A stretch of DNA of 64,000 bases from Nannocystales bacterium (GTDB lineage Bacteria; Myxococcota_A; Polyangia; Nannocystales; Nannocystaceae): positions 160,001-224,000 of the forward strand of contig JBOEGF010000005.1 in assembly GCA_050633305.1 (NCBI GenBank), written 5' to 3'. The translations under genes were made by a program, and so were the position numbers. Positions 36,656-46,587 of this stretch are shown piece by piece (the first letter of the stretch is position 1; every line of letters begins with the position of its first letter). The notes under the pieces were generated by a model that ran no database searches, was not told the DNA's origin, and was given only the letters and a program-made list of their open reading frames with translations.

Positions 36656-38580
36656 TCGTCGAGCAGCTGTTGAAGGGTGGTGTCCATGGCCTCGACGTCG
36701 AACTCGCGACGTAGGTACCGAATGGTTCCCGTGCGGTCCAAGATGACGTCGAGGGGGTAGGGGGAAATGGCGGCGTCGGAGAATGCAAGTTGACCCCGAG
36801 TCGTGTCCTGCATCAACAGTGGAAACGTGACCTGTGTCTGTTCGCGAAACGCGGACACGGTCGACTCTGATTCACCGCCGAACAGACCCGCGCCGGACAT
36901 GCCGAGCACGACCAGGTCGTCGCGGTGGTTGTAGCGCTGCCAGAGCTTGGTCTCGATGTCTGGAAACTCCAGACTGCAGACGGGTCAGAAGGTGGCGAAG
37001 TACGCCAGGAGGACGACCTTCCCCTCGAGGTCGGCGCGTGTCCAATCGTTGCCGTCGATGTCCTGCAGCATGAAGTCCGGCATCGGATCTCCGATGTCGG
37101 CCCCCGCTGCATTGCCATTGAATCGCAGCTCGTACTCGGGCTCGTCCGGGTCGTCGGTCTGCAACAGAAGCGAGCCGGAGGTGACGTCGTCAGAGTCCGG
37201 GGCGAACCGGAGCTCCAGGGCGTGCACACCTCCGGGGTCGACGGTGAAACACGCGTCGTCGACGGAAACGGTGTCGCGCTCCGTGGTGTACCCGTAGACG
37301 TTGAGCGGCTGGTCGCCTTCGTTGCGGACCACCACGACGCGGTCTTCGGTGTCCCCTGCTTCGATACGTCCAAACTGGACCGAGGCCGGGGCAGCCGCGA
37401 TCTCCGGCCCGGTGGCGCGAGCTTGGCTCTCGAACATGTGCATCCCGGTCCACTCGCCCGCGTACAGGCGCGGCATCTCCGGGTGGGGGGCGAGCGTCAG
37501 GACGCGAGAGAAGTCGTCTCCGGTTGGCACGACCTCCGACCACACGCGGGTGAGCTCGTTCGGTTCGTACGCCCGGACCTCGTCCCACTCGGCGCTGTAC
37601 ACGAGGCCGTTTGCGCCCAGTGCGATGGCGACCGAGGTGCCCGCGGCGGGAGCCTGGGCGGCGACGGCAGGCACCGATGGATCGGTGACGTCGAGTCGAA
37701 CGACGGAGGACGACGCGGCGACGTAGAGGGCATCGTCGTCGAGGACCAAGTCTCGACTCGAGCCGCCGAGTGCCAGCGTGCTGAGCAGGACAGGGTCGTC
37801 GCCCGAGACGTCGTACACCCGAACACCGGTCGCGCCTTCGGCGACGTAGAGGAGGCCGCCCGCGAAGACAGGGAGCCAAGCGTCCGACGCGTCGTCGGCG
37901 AACGAACCCACCTGTTCGAGCACTTCGCCGCCGGTGTCTTCGAATACGAGCACGCCAGCTGTGTGCGCGGCTGCGAAGATTCGGTCTCCGTCCCACACCA
38001 CGCCCTCGATGGACGCATCACCCGTCCACCCGCGCAGGGCGATCGGCTCTTCACGATCTTCGACGTTGTACACGTGCAGCCAAGGCTGGGGCTGAACCTC
38101 GTCACCCCGGTTGGTGATCGCGGCTCGCCGTCCTTCGGCGTCGAGGGCAACGTGTTGGCAGCGCGGGAACTGCCGGTTGGAAACCCCCGGCGGTCCGATG
38201 CGGGCGGAGACCAATGTGCCTGCGTCGTTGGAAACGTCCCACGTCATCATGCCCTGGGTGGCGGTGCAGCCGTAGACCAGCTCGCCCCGAGCTTCGAGGT
38301 CGAGGATCTCAATGAAGGTGCCGCTCTCGGCGCGGCCGCGGTGCACGAGTCCGTCGACGGTGGTGATGGGATCGGGGGCTGGACAAGCGGGTGGTGCGTC
38401 GCCACTGCTGTCGTCGGCCCCGGAGCTTCCGGTCATTCCGCCGGTCTGCGGGGTACTCGTTGCGGGGCTCGTGTCGCTTGGGCGGTCTGTACCTCCCACC
38501 GGCGCGGCGTTGCCGTCGCTGGGCCCTTGGCAGCCCGCCGCGGCGGCGCCGAGGACCGCGCTCAACACTCCAAAACGCAT
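36652..38580 (-). CDS. Selenoprotein A: paralogous lipoprotein with LVIVD propeller + Ig-like domain + UxxC redoxin; Sec codon TGA at 36987-36985; about 642 aa
   Basis: ORFs 36985..38592 and 36652..36909 share a frame; read-through gives ...VVLLAYFATF-U-PVCSLEFPDIETKLWQRYNHRDDLVVLGMS...ISPYPLDVILDRTG; AAGC lipobox; final stop overlaps the ATG of gene B. Confidence 0.88.
36958..36974 (-). promoter_or_regulatory. Bacterial SECIS-like stem-loop of selenoprotein A
   Basis: mRNA: UGA + 10 nt + GUCUGGA-GUU-UCCAGAC (7-bp perfect stem; same loop and same loop distance as copy B). Confidence 0.8.
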
Positions 38581-38699
38581 GTTGCTGAGCAATACGGGGT
38601 CGGAGGACCCAGGTTACGTCGGGAGGGAGGACACCCGTACAGGTGCTCCAGTTCCCCAGTCCCTTGGGGCGGCCGGCCTGGCTCGCTACTGTGGTGCAG

Positions 38700-39488
38700 A
38701 TGAGAAGGACCTCCGTGGGCCTCGCCCTTGTCGTGGCCGCTGCGCCTTCGTGGGCCCTGGCGAAAGACCCCCCGCCCAAGCCGCTTCGAGCCTCGCTCGA
38801 GGTCGAGGCGGGTGAGGCCGAGGACGGCAAGGAACTCGAGGAACGCGTGAACACGGCGCTCGGAGCTCGACTCCGCAAAGCCGAAGTGTTGCCACGAAAA
38901 TCGTTGGAGGATGGCCTCATCCACGTGGAGGTGAGCCCGCTGCCCGATGGCGACGGTTACCACTACGACGTCTACGCAGAGCAGGCGGACCGAACGCTCG
39001 CAGAGACGAAGACCGAGGCCGACTGTGCGGGGTGTGATGAGGCGGCCCTGCTCGAGGCCATCGGGGTGGCCGTCGACAAGTGTCTGCCTCCGCTGGCGGC
39101 GAGCGTCGCCGAGGCGGTGGTTGAGCCCGAGGAACCCCCTGCGGCATCTGTGGCGGTCACGCCCGTGCAGAGCTCCCCGTCCGACGAGGACCGCCGGGCA
39201 GGACCGCTGGGAAAAGCTGGCATCGGGCTGATGGTTGCGGGCGCCGCGACAGCCGTGGTTGGGGTCATCTTCGTTGTGAACGGGCGTTCGTTTGACACCC
39301 GCCCCGGCGCGCTGGAGCAGGAAGGGGTCGATTTTCGCCCGCCAGGCTTCGCGTTGCTGGCCGGCGGCGTGGCGACGTTGATCACAGGAGGTGTCCTGTA
39401 CGGAGTCGACCGCAAGCGGCGGAAAAGGAAGGCCAGCGTGTCGTGGATCCCCGGGGGTGCGGCGGCGTCGATCGGAGGGCGATTCTAG
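38700..39488 (+). CDS. Hypothetical exported protein with C-terminal hydrophobic helices
   Basis: Signal peptide, CAGC, two Gly-rich hydrophobic segments, C-terminal GGRF typical of myxobacterial PEGA/TPR-associated proteins. Confidence 0.7.
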   Translation: MRRTSVGLALVVAAAPSWALAKDPPPKPLRASLEVEAGEAEDGKELEERVNTALGARLRKAEVLPRKSLEDGLIHVEVSPLPDGDGYHYDVYAEQADRTLAETKTEADCAGCDEAALLEAIGVAVDKCLPPLAASVAEAVVEPEEPPAASVAVTPVQSSPSDEDRRAGPLGKAGIGLMVAGAATAVVGVIFVVNGRSFDTRPGALEQEGVDFRPPGFALLAGGVATLITGGVLYGVDRKRRKRKASVSWIPGGAAASIGGRF

Positions 39489-41089
39489 TGGCTCACTCCC
39501 GCCTCTTGGTGTTCGGCGCGGTGTTGCTCGCGATGGCCGCAGGCTGCCCCTTCTCTTTCACCAACGACGACCACTGCGCGGCCCAGGCTGGCGACGCGAC
39601 CTGTGCAGCCGCGAACGCGGCGACCCCGTACTGCGCGCTCGATGGGTGCGGGCTGTATGACGAGGCCGACAACATCAGCGGGTGCGTGGCCGAGCTACCC
39701 ACCGACCTGTCCTGCTACAGCCCGTGTGGCGGCAAGCAAGACGCCAACGCACAGAGCGACTGCGATGCGCCCGCGACGGAGGCGACCAGCGTCTCCTCGT
39801 CGTCGGACACAGATACGCTGACGTCCGGATCCGCTTCGACCGACGCATCGGGCACCGAGACGGACTCGTGCGCGTGCGAGGGCGACACGCCGATCTGCGT
39901 GGATGGGGAGTGTGTGGCCTGTGTCGACGATGACGCCTGTGCCCAGGCGGGGCTGCCATCGATCTGCGATGACGGACGATGTGTCGAATGCCAGCCGATG
40001 CAGGCAGACATCGCCGCGGAGGACGAATCGATAGACGGCCGTCAGTCGTATCACCAGGGCTGCTCCATCAGCGCACCGAACTGCAACACGGGTGCTTGTG
40101 TCGGGCAGTGTTTGTTCCACGACGATTGTCCTGGGAGCGGCTGTGACTTCTCGACCGGACTGTGCGGTCCCCTCGACACGCGCTTCTACGTCGACGAGAC
40201 CGCGGGTGCCGATGACCCGGAGGCTTCGGGCTCCCAAGGAGCGCCGTTTGCGACGGTCGGGTTCGCAGTCGAGCGCGTCGCGGAGGCCTCCGGCATGGGG
40301 ACGGCGATCGTGACCGTGGTCGTGTCCGAGGGGAACTACCTTGGCCCGATTGAGACCGGCGCTCGAACTGTGATCGTCATCGCCGACCCCGACGGGGACA
40401 GGCCTCAGTTCAGCGCCCCGGACGAAACGGCGGACGCGGATCCTGTCTTTGTGGTCGACGCCGACAACGCTGTCCTGTCCTTGGGCAGCGTTCGTGTCGC
40501 GAACTCGGAGCTCGTTGTTCGTGTCGCGTCGACCGGGCAGTTCTTCGGCGACGGCGTGGAGATGGTGGACAACAACTCCGCCGTGCGGCTGGAGGGGGCG
40601 GCGGGATTCGTGCGGAACTCGTTGGTGACGGGGAGCTCGGAGCCTCCCTTCGTCCTCGCGCCGAATGGTGAGCTTGGGGTCATCACGACGACCATCGTGG
40701 AGAATGCAGCGACGATTCTGTTCGAGTGCGAGGACCCAAAGGAGTTCAACCGAATCTCCCTGGCATACAGCATCGCTGGTCAGTTCGATCCTCTGCCCAA
40801 GGGGTGGTCCGTGCTCAGCCCATCGTGCGCGTTTGCTCCCGGGTATCCGGTGATCGAGGACAACGCGGTGGAGGTCGTGCCCGGTGAGGACTCGTTCGCG
40901 ACGGGCACGTTGTTCCGCCTCGACACCAACGCCTCAGAGGCCTACCGGGCCGACGAGCGGCCGGAGGCCTGTGCCGAGGGAACGCCGACCGTGGATGAGG
41001 GCTTCCTGCTGCCGTGCCCTCCGGACCGAGACGTCGACGGTGTCTTGCGGCCCGACGCGTACTGGCGAGGGTTCAGCGCAAACCCGTAA
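39488..41089 (+). CDS. Cys-rich lipoprotein with DUF1565/beta-helix-like C-terminal domain
   Basis: AAGC lipobox; Cys repeats; FYVD...GSQGAPFATVGFAV...VSEGNY is a DUF1565-like start of a beta-helix. Confidence 0.7.
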   Translation: MAHSRLLVFGAVLLAMAAGCPFSFTNDDHCAAQAGDATCAAANAATPYCALDGCGLYDEADNISGCVAELPTDLSCYSPCGGKQDANAQSDCDAPATEATSVSSSSDTDTLTSGSASTDASGTETDSCACEGDTPICVDGECVACVDDDACAQAGLPSICDDGRCVECQPMQADIAAEDESIDGRQSYHQGCSISAPNCNTGACVGQCLFHDDCPGSGCDFSTGLCGPLDTRFYVDETAGADDPEASGSQGAPFATVGFAVERVAEASGMGTAIVTVVVSEGNYLGPIETGARTVIVIADPDGDRPQFSAPDETADADPVFVVDADNAVLSLGSVRVANSELVVRVASTGQFFGDGVEMVDNNSAVRLEGAAGFVRNSLVTGSSEPPFVLAPNGELGVITTTIVENAATILFECEDPKEFNRISLAYSIAGQFDPLPKGWSVLSPSCAFAPGYPVIEDNAVEVVPGEDSFATGTLFRLDTNASEAYRADERPEACAEGTPTVDEGFLLPCPPDRDVDGVLRPDAYWRGFSANP

Positions 41090-41091
41090 CG

Positions 41092-44000
41092 TTAGTCGCC
41101 GCTCTTCTCCGGGTGCGACTGCAGGCGCTGTTTGGGCCCGGTGATTCGACGGGCCAGGCCGACGACGTCCTCCAGCATCATGTAGTAGGCGGGGACCAAG
41201 AGCAGAATGATGAATGTCGCGAACAGAACGCCGAATCCCAAGCTGATCGCCATCGGGACCAGGAATCGGGCCTGCACGCTCGTCTCGGTGATCATGGGGA
41301 TCAGGCCGAAGAATGTCGTCAGCGACGTGAGCAGGATCGGGCGGAACCGCCGGACTCCTGCCGCGTGAATCGCATCGAACGCGGTCATCCCGTCACGGCG
41401 GTAGCCGTTGGCGGCGTCGATGAGAACCAGCGAGTCGTTGACGACAACCCCCGCCAAGGCGATCAGGCCCATGATGCTGATCATGCTCAGCTCAAACCCC
41501 ATCACGACGTGGCCGGCGAGGGCACCGATGAACCCGAAGGGGATCGCGCTCATCACGATGATCGGTTGTGCGTAGCTGCGGAACGGAACCGCCAGCAGGC
41601 CGAAGATGGCGATCATCGCCAACACGCCCCCACGGGAGAGGCTTCCCATCGACTTTGCTTGCTCTCGCGCTGCCCCTCCGAACTCATAGGTGAGTCCGGG
41701 GAACTGCTCGAGGAGCGCGGGTAGCGGTCCTGTCTTGAGCGCGCTCAGGACAACGTCCGGGCTGGTGCCGGGACGAACCTGGGCCGAAACCGGGACCATT
41801 CGTCGGCCCTCGGCGCGAAGGATCGAGGGTCGAGAGCGTCCGCCTTCGATGTCGGCCACCTCGGTCAGGGGGACCTCACCCCCCTCGGGTGTGCGCAGCA
41901 TCAGGGTTTCGACATCGTGCAGGCTGCCTCGTTCGTCCGCGGGAAGCCGGACGAGCACCCGCACCTCGTTGCGGCCCTCCTGCTGACGGAGCGCCTCGGC
42001 GCCGTAGAACGACGAGCGAACTTGGCGCGCGACATCGGCGGTGACCAGACCTAGGCTTGTCCCTTCCGGGGACATGGTCATCTCGAGTTGGGCTTTGCCG
42101 AGCGCGAACCCGTCGTCTACGTCGTAGACCTCTGGATACGCTCGCAGTTTCTCAGCAAGAACCTGAGACGCTGCGTCGAGTACGTCCATGTCGTCGTGCT
42201 GCAACTCGACGTTGATGGGTGCTCCGGGGCTTGGGCCCAGCGCGCTGCTGAAGGTGAGCTTCTCGGCGCCGGCGATCTGTCCGAGGCGACGTCGCCACTC
42301 GTCCAGAAACGCTTGGCTCTGTAGGGTGCGCTCCCCAGCGTCGACGAAGAACACCTGGACGTTCGCGAGATGACCGCCGGGGACGGAGACCATCGCTTGC
42401 GCAGGGTCCCCTGGAAGCGGGGTTCCGACTTGGCTGAATACGCCGCGCACGATGCCCTCCTCGCCGTTTTCGTCGAGGATCTCCTGCGCGACGCTGAGCA
42501 TCCTGCGTCGGATGCGTTCGGTCTCCGCAATCGGGGTGCCGAAGGGCATCTGAACGTCGGCGATGGTCACATCCCCGGCGATGTCCGGCATGAATCGGAA
42601 CGGAGTGTGCCCCCCTGCGACCCAGCCTCCAGCCGCGATGAGCATGCCCAGCCCGATGGCGAACGAGGTGTAGCGCCACCGAAGGGCGACGGCGAGGACC
42701 GGGCCGTAGACCCCCTTGATGAACTGCTCGAGCGCACGCCGGACTTTTTGCTGCTGATGGTGCACCGCGGCGTATAGGCCGGTGGCTTTGGGATCCTTGA
42801 GCGCCGCCAGGTGGGCTGGGAGTACCCACAGCGACTCGACCAACGAGATGACCAGTACCGAGATGACGATCGCCGGAATCACCCGGTAGAGCTTTCCGCT
42901 CACACCGGGGACGAATGCCATCGGCAGGAACGAGGCGACCGAGGTCGCGATGGCGAAACACACCGGAACGCCCACCTGTTGCGCACCCTCGACCGCAGCC
43001 TGCAGGGCAGGCACGCCCCGCTGCCGCATCTCGTAGATGTTCTCGCCGACGACGATCGCATCGTCGACCACCATGCCGAGCACGACGATGAAGGCGAACA
43101 ACGAGATCATGTTCACCGTCACGTCGAGCGTCGGCATGAACAGGACTGCGCCCAAGAAACTGACAGGGATGCCCATCGTCACCCAGAACGCCAGCCGCAG
43201 TTCCAAGAAGAGTCCCAAGATCAGCAGGACGAGCACGAGGCCGATCGCCGCGTTGCGCAGGAGCAAGTCGATTCGCTGCTGGTAGATCTCCGACCAGTCC
43301 AGCCAGGTGTTGGCGGAGACCCCCGGAGGCAATTCGGTCTCGAGACGGTCGAGGTGTTTGTGAACCGCGGCGGCGACCTCGAGCGGGGTCTGGTCGCCGG
43401 TTCGGAACACCTTGATCATCAACGCGGGCTCGCCTTCCCAGTACGACCGCTCGTCGGTCTCAGCGAAGGTTTCGCGAATCGTGGCGATCTGGCCAAGCGT
43501 GAGCTCGGTGCCCGTGCTGCCCGTCAACAGGGGCAGGGCTTCGAAGTCGGCGGCCCCGTAGCGTTTTTCGGCGGTGCGAAGGAGGACCTCGCCGCCTTCG
43601 GTTCGGACGGAGCCTCCTGCGAGTTCGACCGACGTCGCGCGTACCTTGGTCGCGACGTCATCAAGCGTGATGCCGTGGGCTCTTAGCTGCGCTTGGGGCA
43701 CTTCGATACTGAGCTCGTGCCCGGGGGCACCGACCAGCTCGGCGGTCGTGATTCCTGCGTCGGCGACCAGTTCGTCGCGGAGCCTCTCGCCGAGCATTCG
43801 AAGCTGGTTGCGGGGGATGTCCCCGTGCAGGACAACCGAGATGACCTCGAACTTGTTGGTGACGAGACTGACGATGGGGCGTTCGGCGTCCTGCGGGAGC
43901 GAGGTCAGCCGGTCGACGGCGTTCTTGACGTCTGCGAGCACCGTCGTGGGCTCGGCTTCCAACTCCATCGTCACATAGACTTGACCGGATCCTTCTGTTG

Positions 44001-44262
44001 CCGCACCGCTGACCCTATCGACACCGTCGATGCCGCGCACGGATTCCTCGAGCGCGAGGACGATGCCCTGTTCGACCTCGTCGGGGCTCGCCCCCGGGTA
44101 GGGGACGGTGATGCGGACGACCCCGAGCTTGAACTCGGGGAAAACCTCTTGTTTGATCGTGCAGGTCGAGAACAGGCCGCCGAGAAGCAGCAGGAACATG
44201 ACGAGGTTGGCGGCGACAGGGTTGCTGGCGAACCAGCGGATCGTGCCCCGTCGTTCACTCAC
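41092..44262 (-). CDS. RND efflux permease (AcrB/AcrD/AcrF family)
   Basis: NPVAANL, YPGASPDEVE, LGMVVDDAIVVGEN, RFRPILLTSLTT. Confidence 0.95.
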   Translation of the reverse strand: MSERRGTIRWFASNPVAANLVMFLLLLGGLFSTCTIKQEVFPEFKLGVVRITVPYPGASPDEVEQGIVLALEESVRGIDGVDRVSGAATEGSGQVYVTMELEAEPTTVLADVKNAVDRLTSLPQDAERPIVSLVTNKFEVISVVLHGDIPRNQLRMLGERLRDELVADAGITTAELVGAPGHELSIEVPQAQLRAHGITLDDVATKVRATSVELAGGSVRTEGGEVLLRTAEKRYGAADFEALPLLTGSTGTELTLGQIATIRETFAETDERSYWEGEPALMIKVFRTGDQTPLEVAAAVHKHLDRLETELPPGVSANTWLDWSEIYQQRIDLLLRNAAIGLVLVLLILGLFLELRLAFWVTMGIPVSFLGAVLFMPTLDVTVNMISLFAFIVVLGMVVDDAIVVGENIYEMRQRGVPALQAAVEGAQQVGVPVCFAIATSVASFLPMAFVPGVSGKLYRVIPAIVISVLVISLVESLWVLPAHLAALKDPKATGLYAAVHHQQQKVRRALEQFIKGVYGPVLAVALRWRYTSFAIGLGMLIAAGGWVAGGHTPFRFMPDIAGDVTIADVQMPFGTPIAETERIRRRMLSVAQEILDENGEEGIVRGVFSQVGTPLPGDPAQAMVSVPGGHLANVQVFFVDAGERTLQSQAFLDEWRRRLGQIAGAEKLTFSSALGPSPGAPINVELQHDDMDVLDAASQVLAEKLRAYPEVYDVDDGFALGKAQLEMTMSPEGTSLGLVTADVARQVRSSFYGAEALRQQEGRNEVRVLVRLPADERGSLHDVETLMLRTPEGGEVPLTEVADIEGGRSRPSILRAEGRRMVPVSAQVRPGTSPDVVLSALKTGPLPALLEQFPGLTYEFGGAAREQAKSMGSLSRGGVLAMIAIFGLLAVPFRSYAQPIIVMSAIPFGFIGALAGHVVMGFELSMISIMGLIALAGVVVNDSLVLIDAANGYRRDGMTAFDAIHAAGVRRFRPILLTSLTTFFGLIPMITETSVQARFLVPMAISLGFGVLFATFIILLLVPAYYMMLEDVVGLARRITGPKQRLQSHPEKSGD

Positions 44263-45475
44263 CGTCGCCCTCCTGTTCGAGACCGCCTTCGAGCCCCGGT
44301 CCGAGCTTTGGCGTGTCCACGGTGACCCTCATGCCCTCGGTTCCCAGCGGAAGACCACTGGTCACCACACGTTCGCCCGGCTCCAGGCCCCCGGAGAGCA
44401 CGACGGTGCCTGCGTCCCGCCAGCGCACTTCGACCTCCCGGGCGTGAAGCGTGTTGGCGTCGTCCAGAATCCAAACCGCTCCGCTCTCCTGAATCGCGGT
44501 TCGTGGAAGAACGGACATGGCGCCCAAGGGCTGCCCTTCGAGCTCGACCCGAACCGACGCACCGATCAACAGGGGCAGCGGTCGGTCGGTCGGGGCCTGA
44601 CCCAGGGAGAGCGGGTCCTCGACGGCGAGATGGAGCTTGGCCATACGGCCACGTTGGTCGACCGCGCGCTCGAGTCGGAGCACGGTGCCCTCGAAGACCG
44701 CGCCATCGCCCGCAGCTTCGTTGAAGATTCGAGCCTTGGACCCCGCGAGGTCGTCCGTATTGACCCCCGGGATGCGGAGTTCCTTGAGCTGGGCAACCGG
44801 GATCGAGACTTCGACGCGGAACCGGTCGGTTCCCGCCAAGGTCACGACCGGCATCGTCGGGCTCACGCTCTGGCCGAGTTCGACCGACTCGGTGAGCACC
44901 ACAGCGTCAAAAGGAGCGCGAAGGAGGGTGCGGCCGAGGTCGCGTTTGGCTTTTGCGATACGGGTGCGGGCGGACTTGACCTGAGCCTTCGCGACGTCGA
45001 GGTGGGGCTCACGGAGCGCGAAGGCGAGCGTTTCGTCGCTGAACCCCTCCGGGCGGTCCTTCCACTCGTGTTCGGCCACCTTGCGGAGCGTGTCTTCCTC
45101 GCGAACACGAAGCCTGGCCGCGGCGAGATCGGCCACGGTCATTGCAAGCGCATCGGAGTAGTCCCGACCATCCACACGGATCAGCGGCTCGTCCTTGGCC
45201 ACCAGCCCGCCAGGAACGAGCGCGAGGTTGGCCTCCTTGATGCGGCCCGCGACCTCGGGTGCCAGAGACACGCTGCGTTCTGCGCGGACGACCCCCATCG
45301 CGCGGATTGTCGGCGCGTAGTCGACCGGGCTGATCGTGGTAACCCTGACAAACGTTTGGGGCACTTCCGCCTCCTGAGGGGCAGCTTCGGACCCGGTCGC
45401 AACGAACAGAGATGCGAGAGCGAGACCGGCACCGACGGCGGCGAGAGGGAGCAAGACTTGTAGCCAGCGACGCAT
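44255..45475 (-). CDS. RND periplasmic adaptor (membrane fusion protein)
   Basis: PEVAGRI, LRAPFDAVV, GLEPGERVV; ATG 45475. Confidence 0.92.
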   Translation of the reverse strand: MRRWLQVLLPLAAVGAGLALASLFVATGSEAAPQEAEVPQTFVRVTTISPVDYAPTIRAMGVVRAERSVSLAPEVAGRIKEANLALVPGGLVAKDEPLIRVDGRDYSDALAMTVADLAAARLRVREEDTLRKVAEHEWKDRPEGFSDETLAFALREPHLDVAKAQVKSARTRIAKAKRDLGRTLLRAPFDAVVLTESVELGQSVSPTMPVVTLAGTDRFRVEVSIPVAQLKELRIPGVNTDDLAGSKARIFNEAAGDGAVFEGTVLRLERAVDQRGRMAKLHLAVEDPLSLGQAPTDRPLPLLIGASVRVELEGQPLGAMSVLPRTAIQESGAVWILDDANTLHAREVEVRWRDAGTVVLSGGLEPGERVVTSGLPLGTEGMRVTVDTPKLGPGLEGGLEQEGDGE

Positions 45476-45593
45476 GAGGGGGTTCCGGCGCGGGGAGTGT
45501 GACCGCATCCTGCGAGCCGACAAGCATAACCTTCGCGGGAAATTCTTGCCCCCGTGGGCGGATTTCGACCGCGGTCCGTGCGAGGCTCCGCGG

Positions 45594-46415
45594 ATGATCT
45601 TGCGTGTTTTGCTCATCGCCACCTCCCTGGGGCTCATCGGGTGTGCGGGAGGGGATGACCCAGCCGAAGCTGGGACCGATATCGGGTCGGGAGGAACGAC
45701 TGGAGATCCGGTCGATCCCACGGACTCCACGACGGCCGTGAGCACATCGAGTTCGAGTTCGACGACCGCGACCCCTACGACGGCGTCAACGAGCACGACA
45801 GACACCGAATCCAGCAGCAGCAGCGGGGCCGTGACGACGGAGACCGGGAGCTCCTCGACGGGCTCGTGCGAGCCCTCCACGGAGGGATGTGCGTGTGATC
45901 CGGCCTCCGACCCGGAGTGCGGAGACGGCCTGATTTGCAACGACGACGACATCTGCGAGGTCGCTCTGTGCCCTGAGAAGAAAGACGAGCCCAACGGTGA
46001 TCCGTTCGAGCCGTTCTTGCTGACGGACTTGGAGGACGACGATCCGGCCGTTTTGTACGAGAGTCAGCTCAGCGGTGATGACGACGTCGATTGGTTTCGC
46101 TACGGGTGCAACGACCCGCTCCTGGGTTCGAGCGAGCCGAACGTGGACATCGTCGTACCGGAGGGAACCCGCGCATGTTTCTTCCTGGACTGTGTCCAGG
46201 GAGGCAACCCGCTGTTCGACTGTCCCGATGGCACCGAGGAGGAGACCGCTCCGATCGACAGCCTGCCAGGGTGTTGCGCAACCGGGTCGTTCTCCGCCGA
46301 GGTGGACCCGTTCAACTGCCCAGACAGCTCAGAGGACGCGCTCGAGGTCTACGTTCGTATCGAGGACGGTCCAGCAGAGGCTTGCAGCGACTACTCGTTC
46401 TCGTACGGCTGCTGA
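45594..46415 (+). CDS. Cys-rich acidic lipoprotein
   Basis: LIGC lipobox, Ser/Thr linker, DEPN...DVDWF (pre-peptidase C-terminal-like) segment. Confidence 0.75.
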   Translation: MILRVLLIATSLGLIGCAGGDDPAEAGTDIGSGGTTGDPVDPTDSTTAVSTSSSSSTTATPTTASTSTTDTESSSSSGAVTTETGSSSTGSCEPSTEGCACDPASDPECGDGLICNDDDICEVALCPEKKDEPNGDPFEPFLLTDLEDDDPAVLYESQLSGDDDVDWFRYGCNDPLLGSSEPNVDIVVPEGTRACFFLDCVQGGNPLFDCPDGTEEETAPIDSLPGCCATGSFSAEVDPFNCPDSSEDALEVYVRIEDGPAEACSDYSFSYGC

Positions 46416-46587
46416 CCAGCGAGTTCAGGCACACCGGGTGATCCCCGGGGGAGGGAGTCCTGACGGGATCGCGCTGGCGTCGCGCTGCAATCCGGCGCCT
46501 CGAGCGGAACGAGCTGTTCAGGCACGGGTGCAGTTGTGATCTGGCGAACCGTCGGTGGGGCCGAGACTGGGGTACCGTCGCGTCGGA

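Noticed and set aside
34820..37000. Reading the two in-frame TGAs as nonsense mutations (pseudogenes), sequencing errors, or TGA=Trp recoding
   Set aside because: The same codon is affected in two otherwise diverged paralogs, exactly at the catalytic Cys position and with a covarying hairpin. TGA is an ordinary stop in many other genes here (ATGA/GTGA overlaps), so the genetic code is standard.
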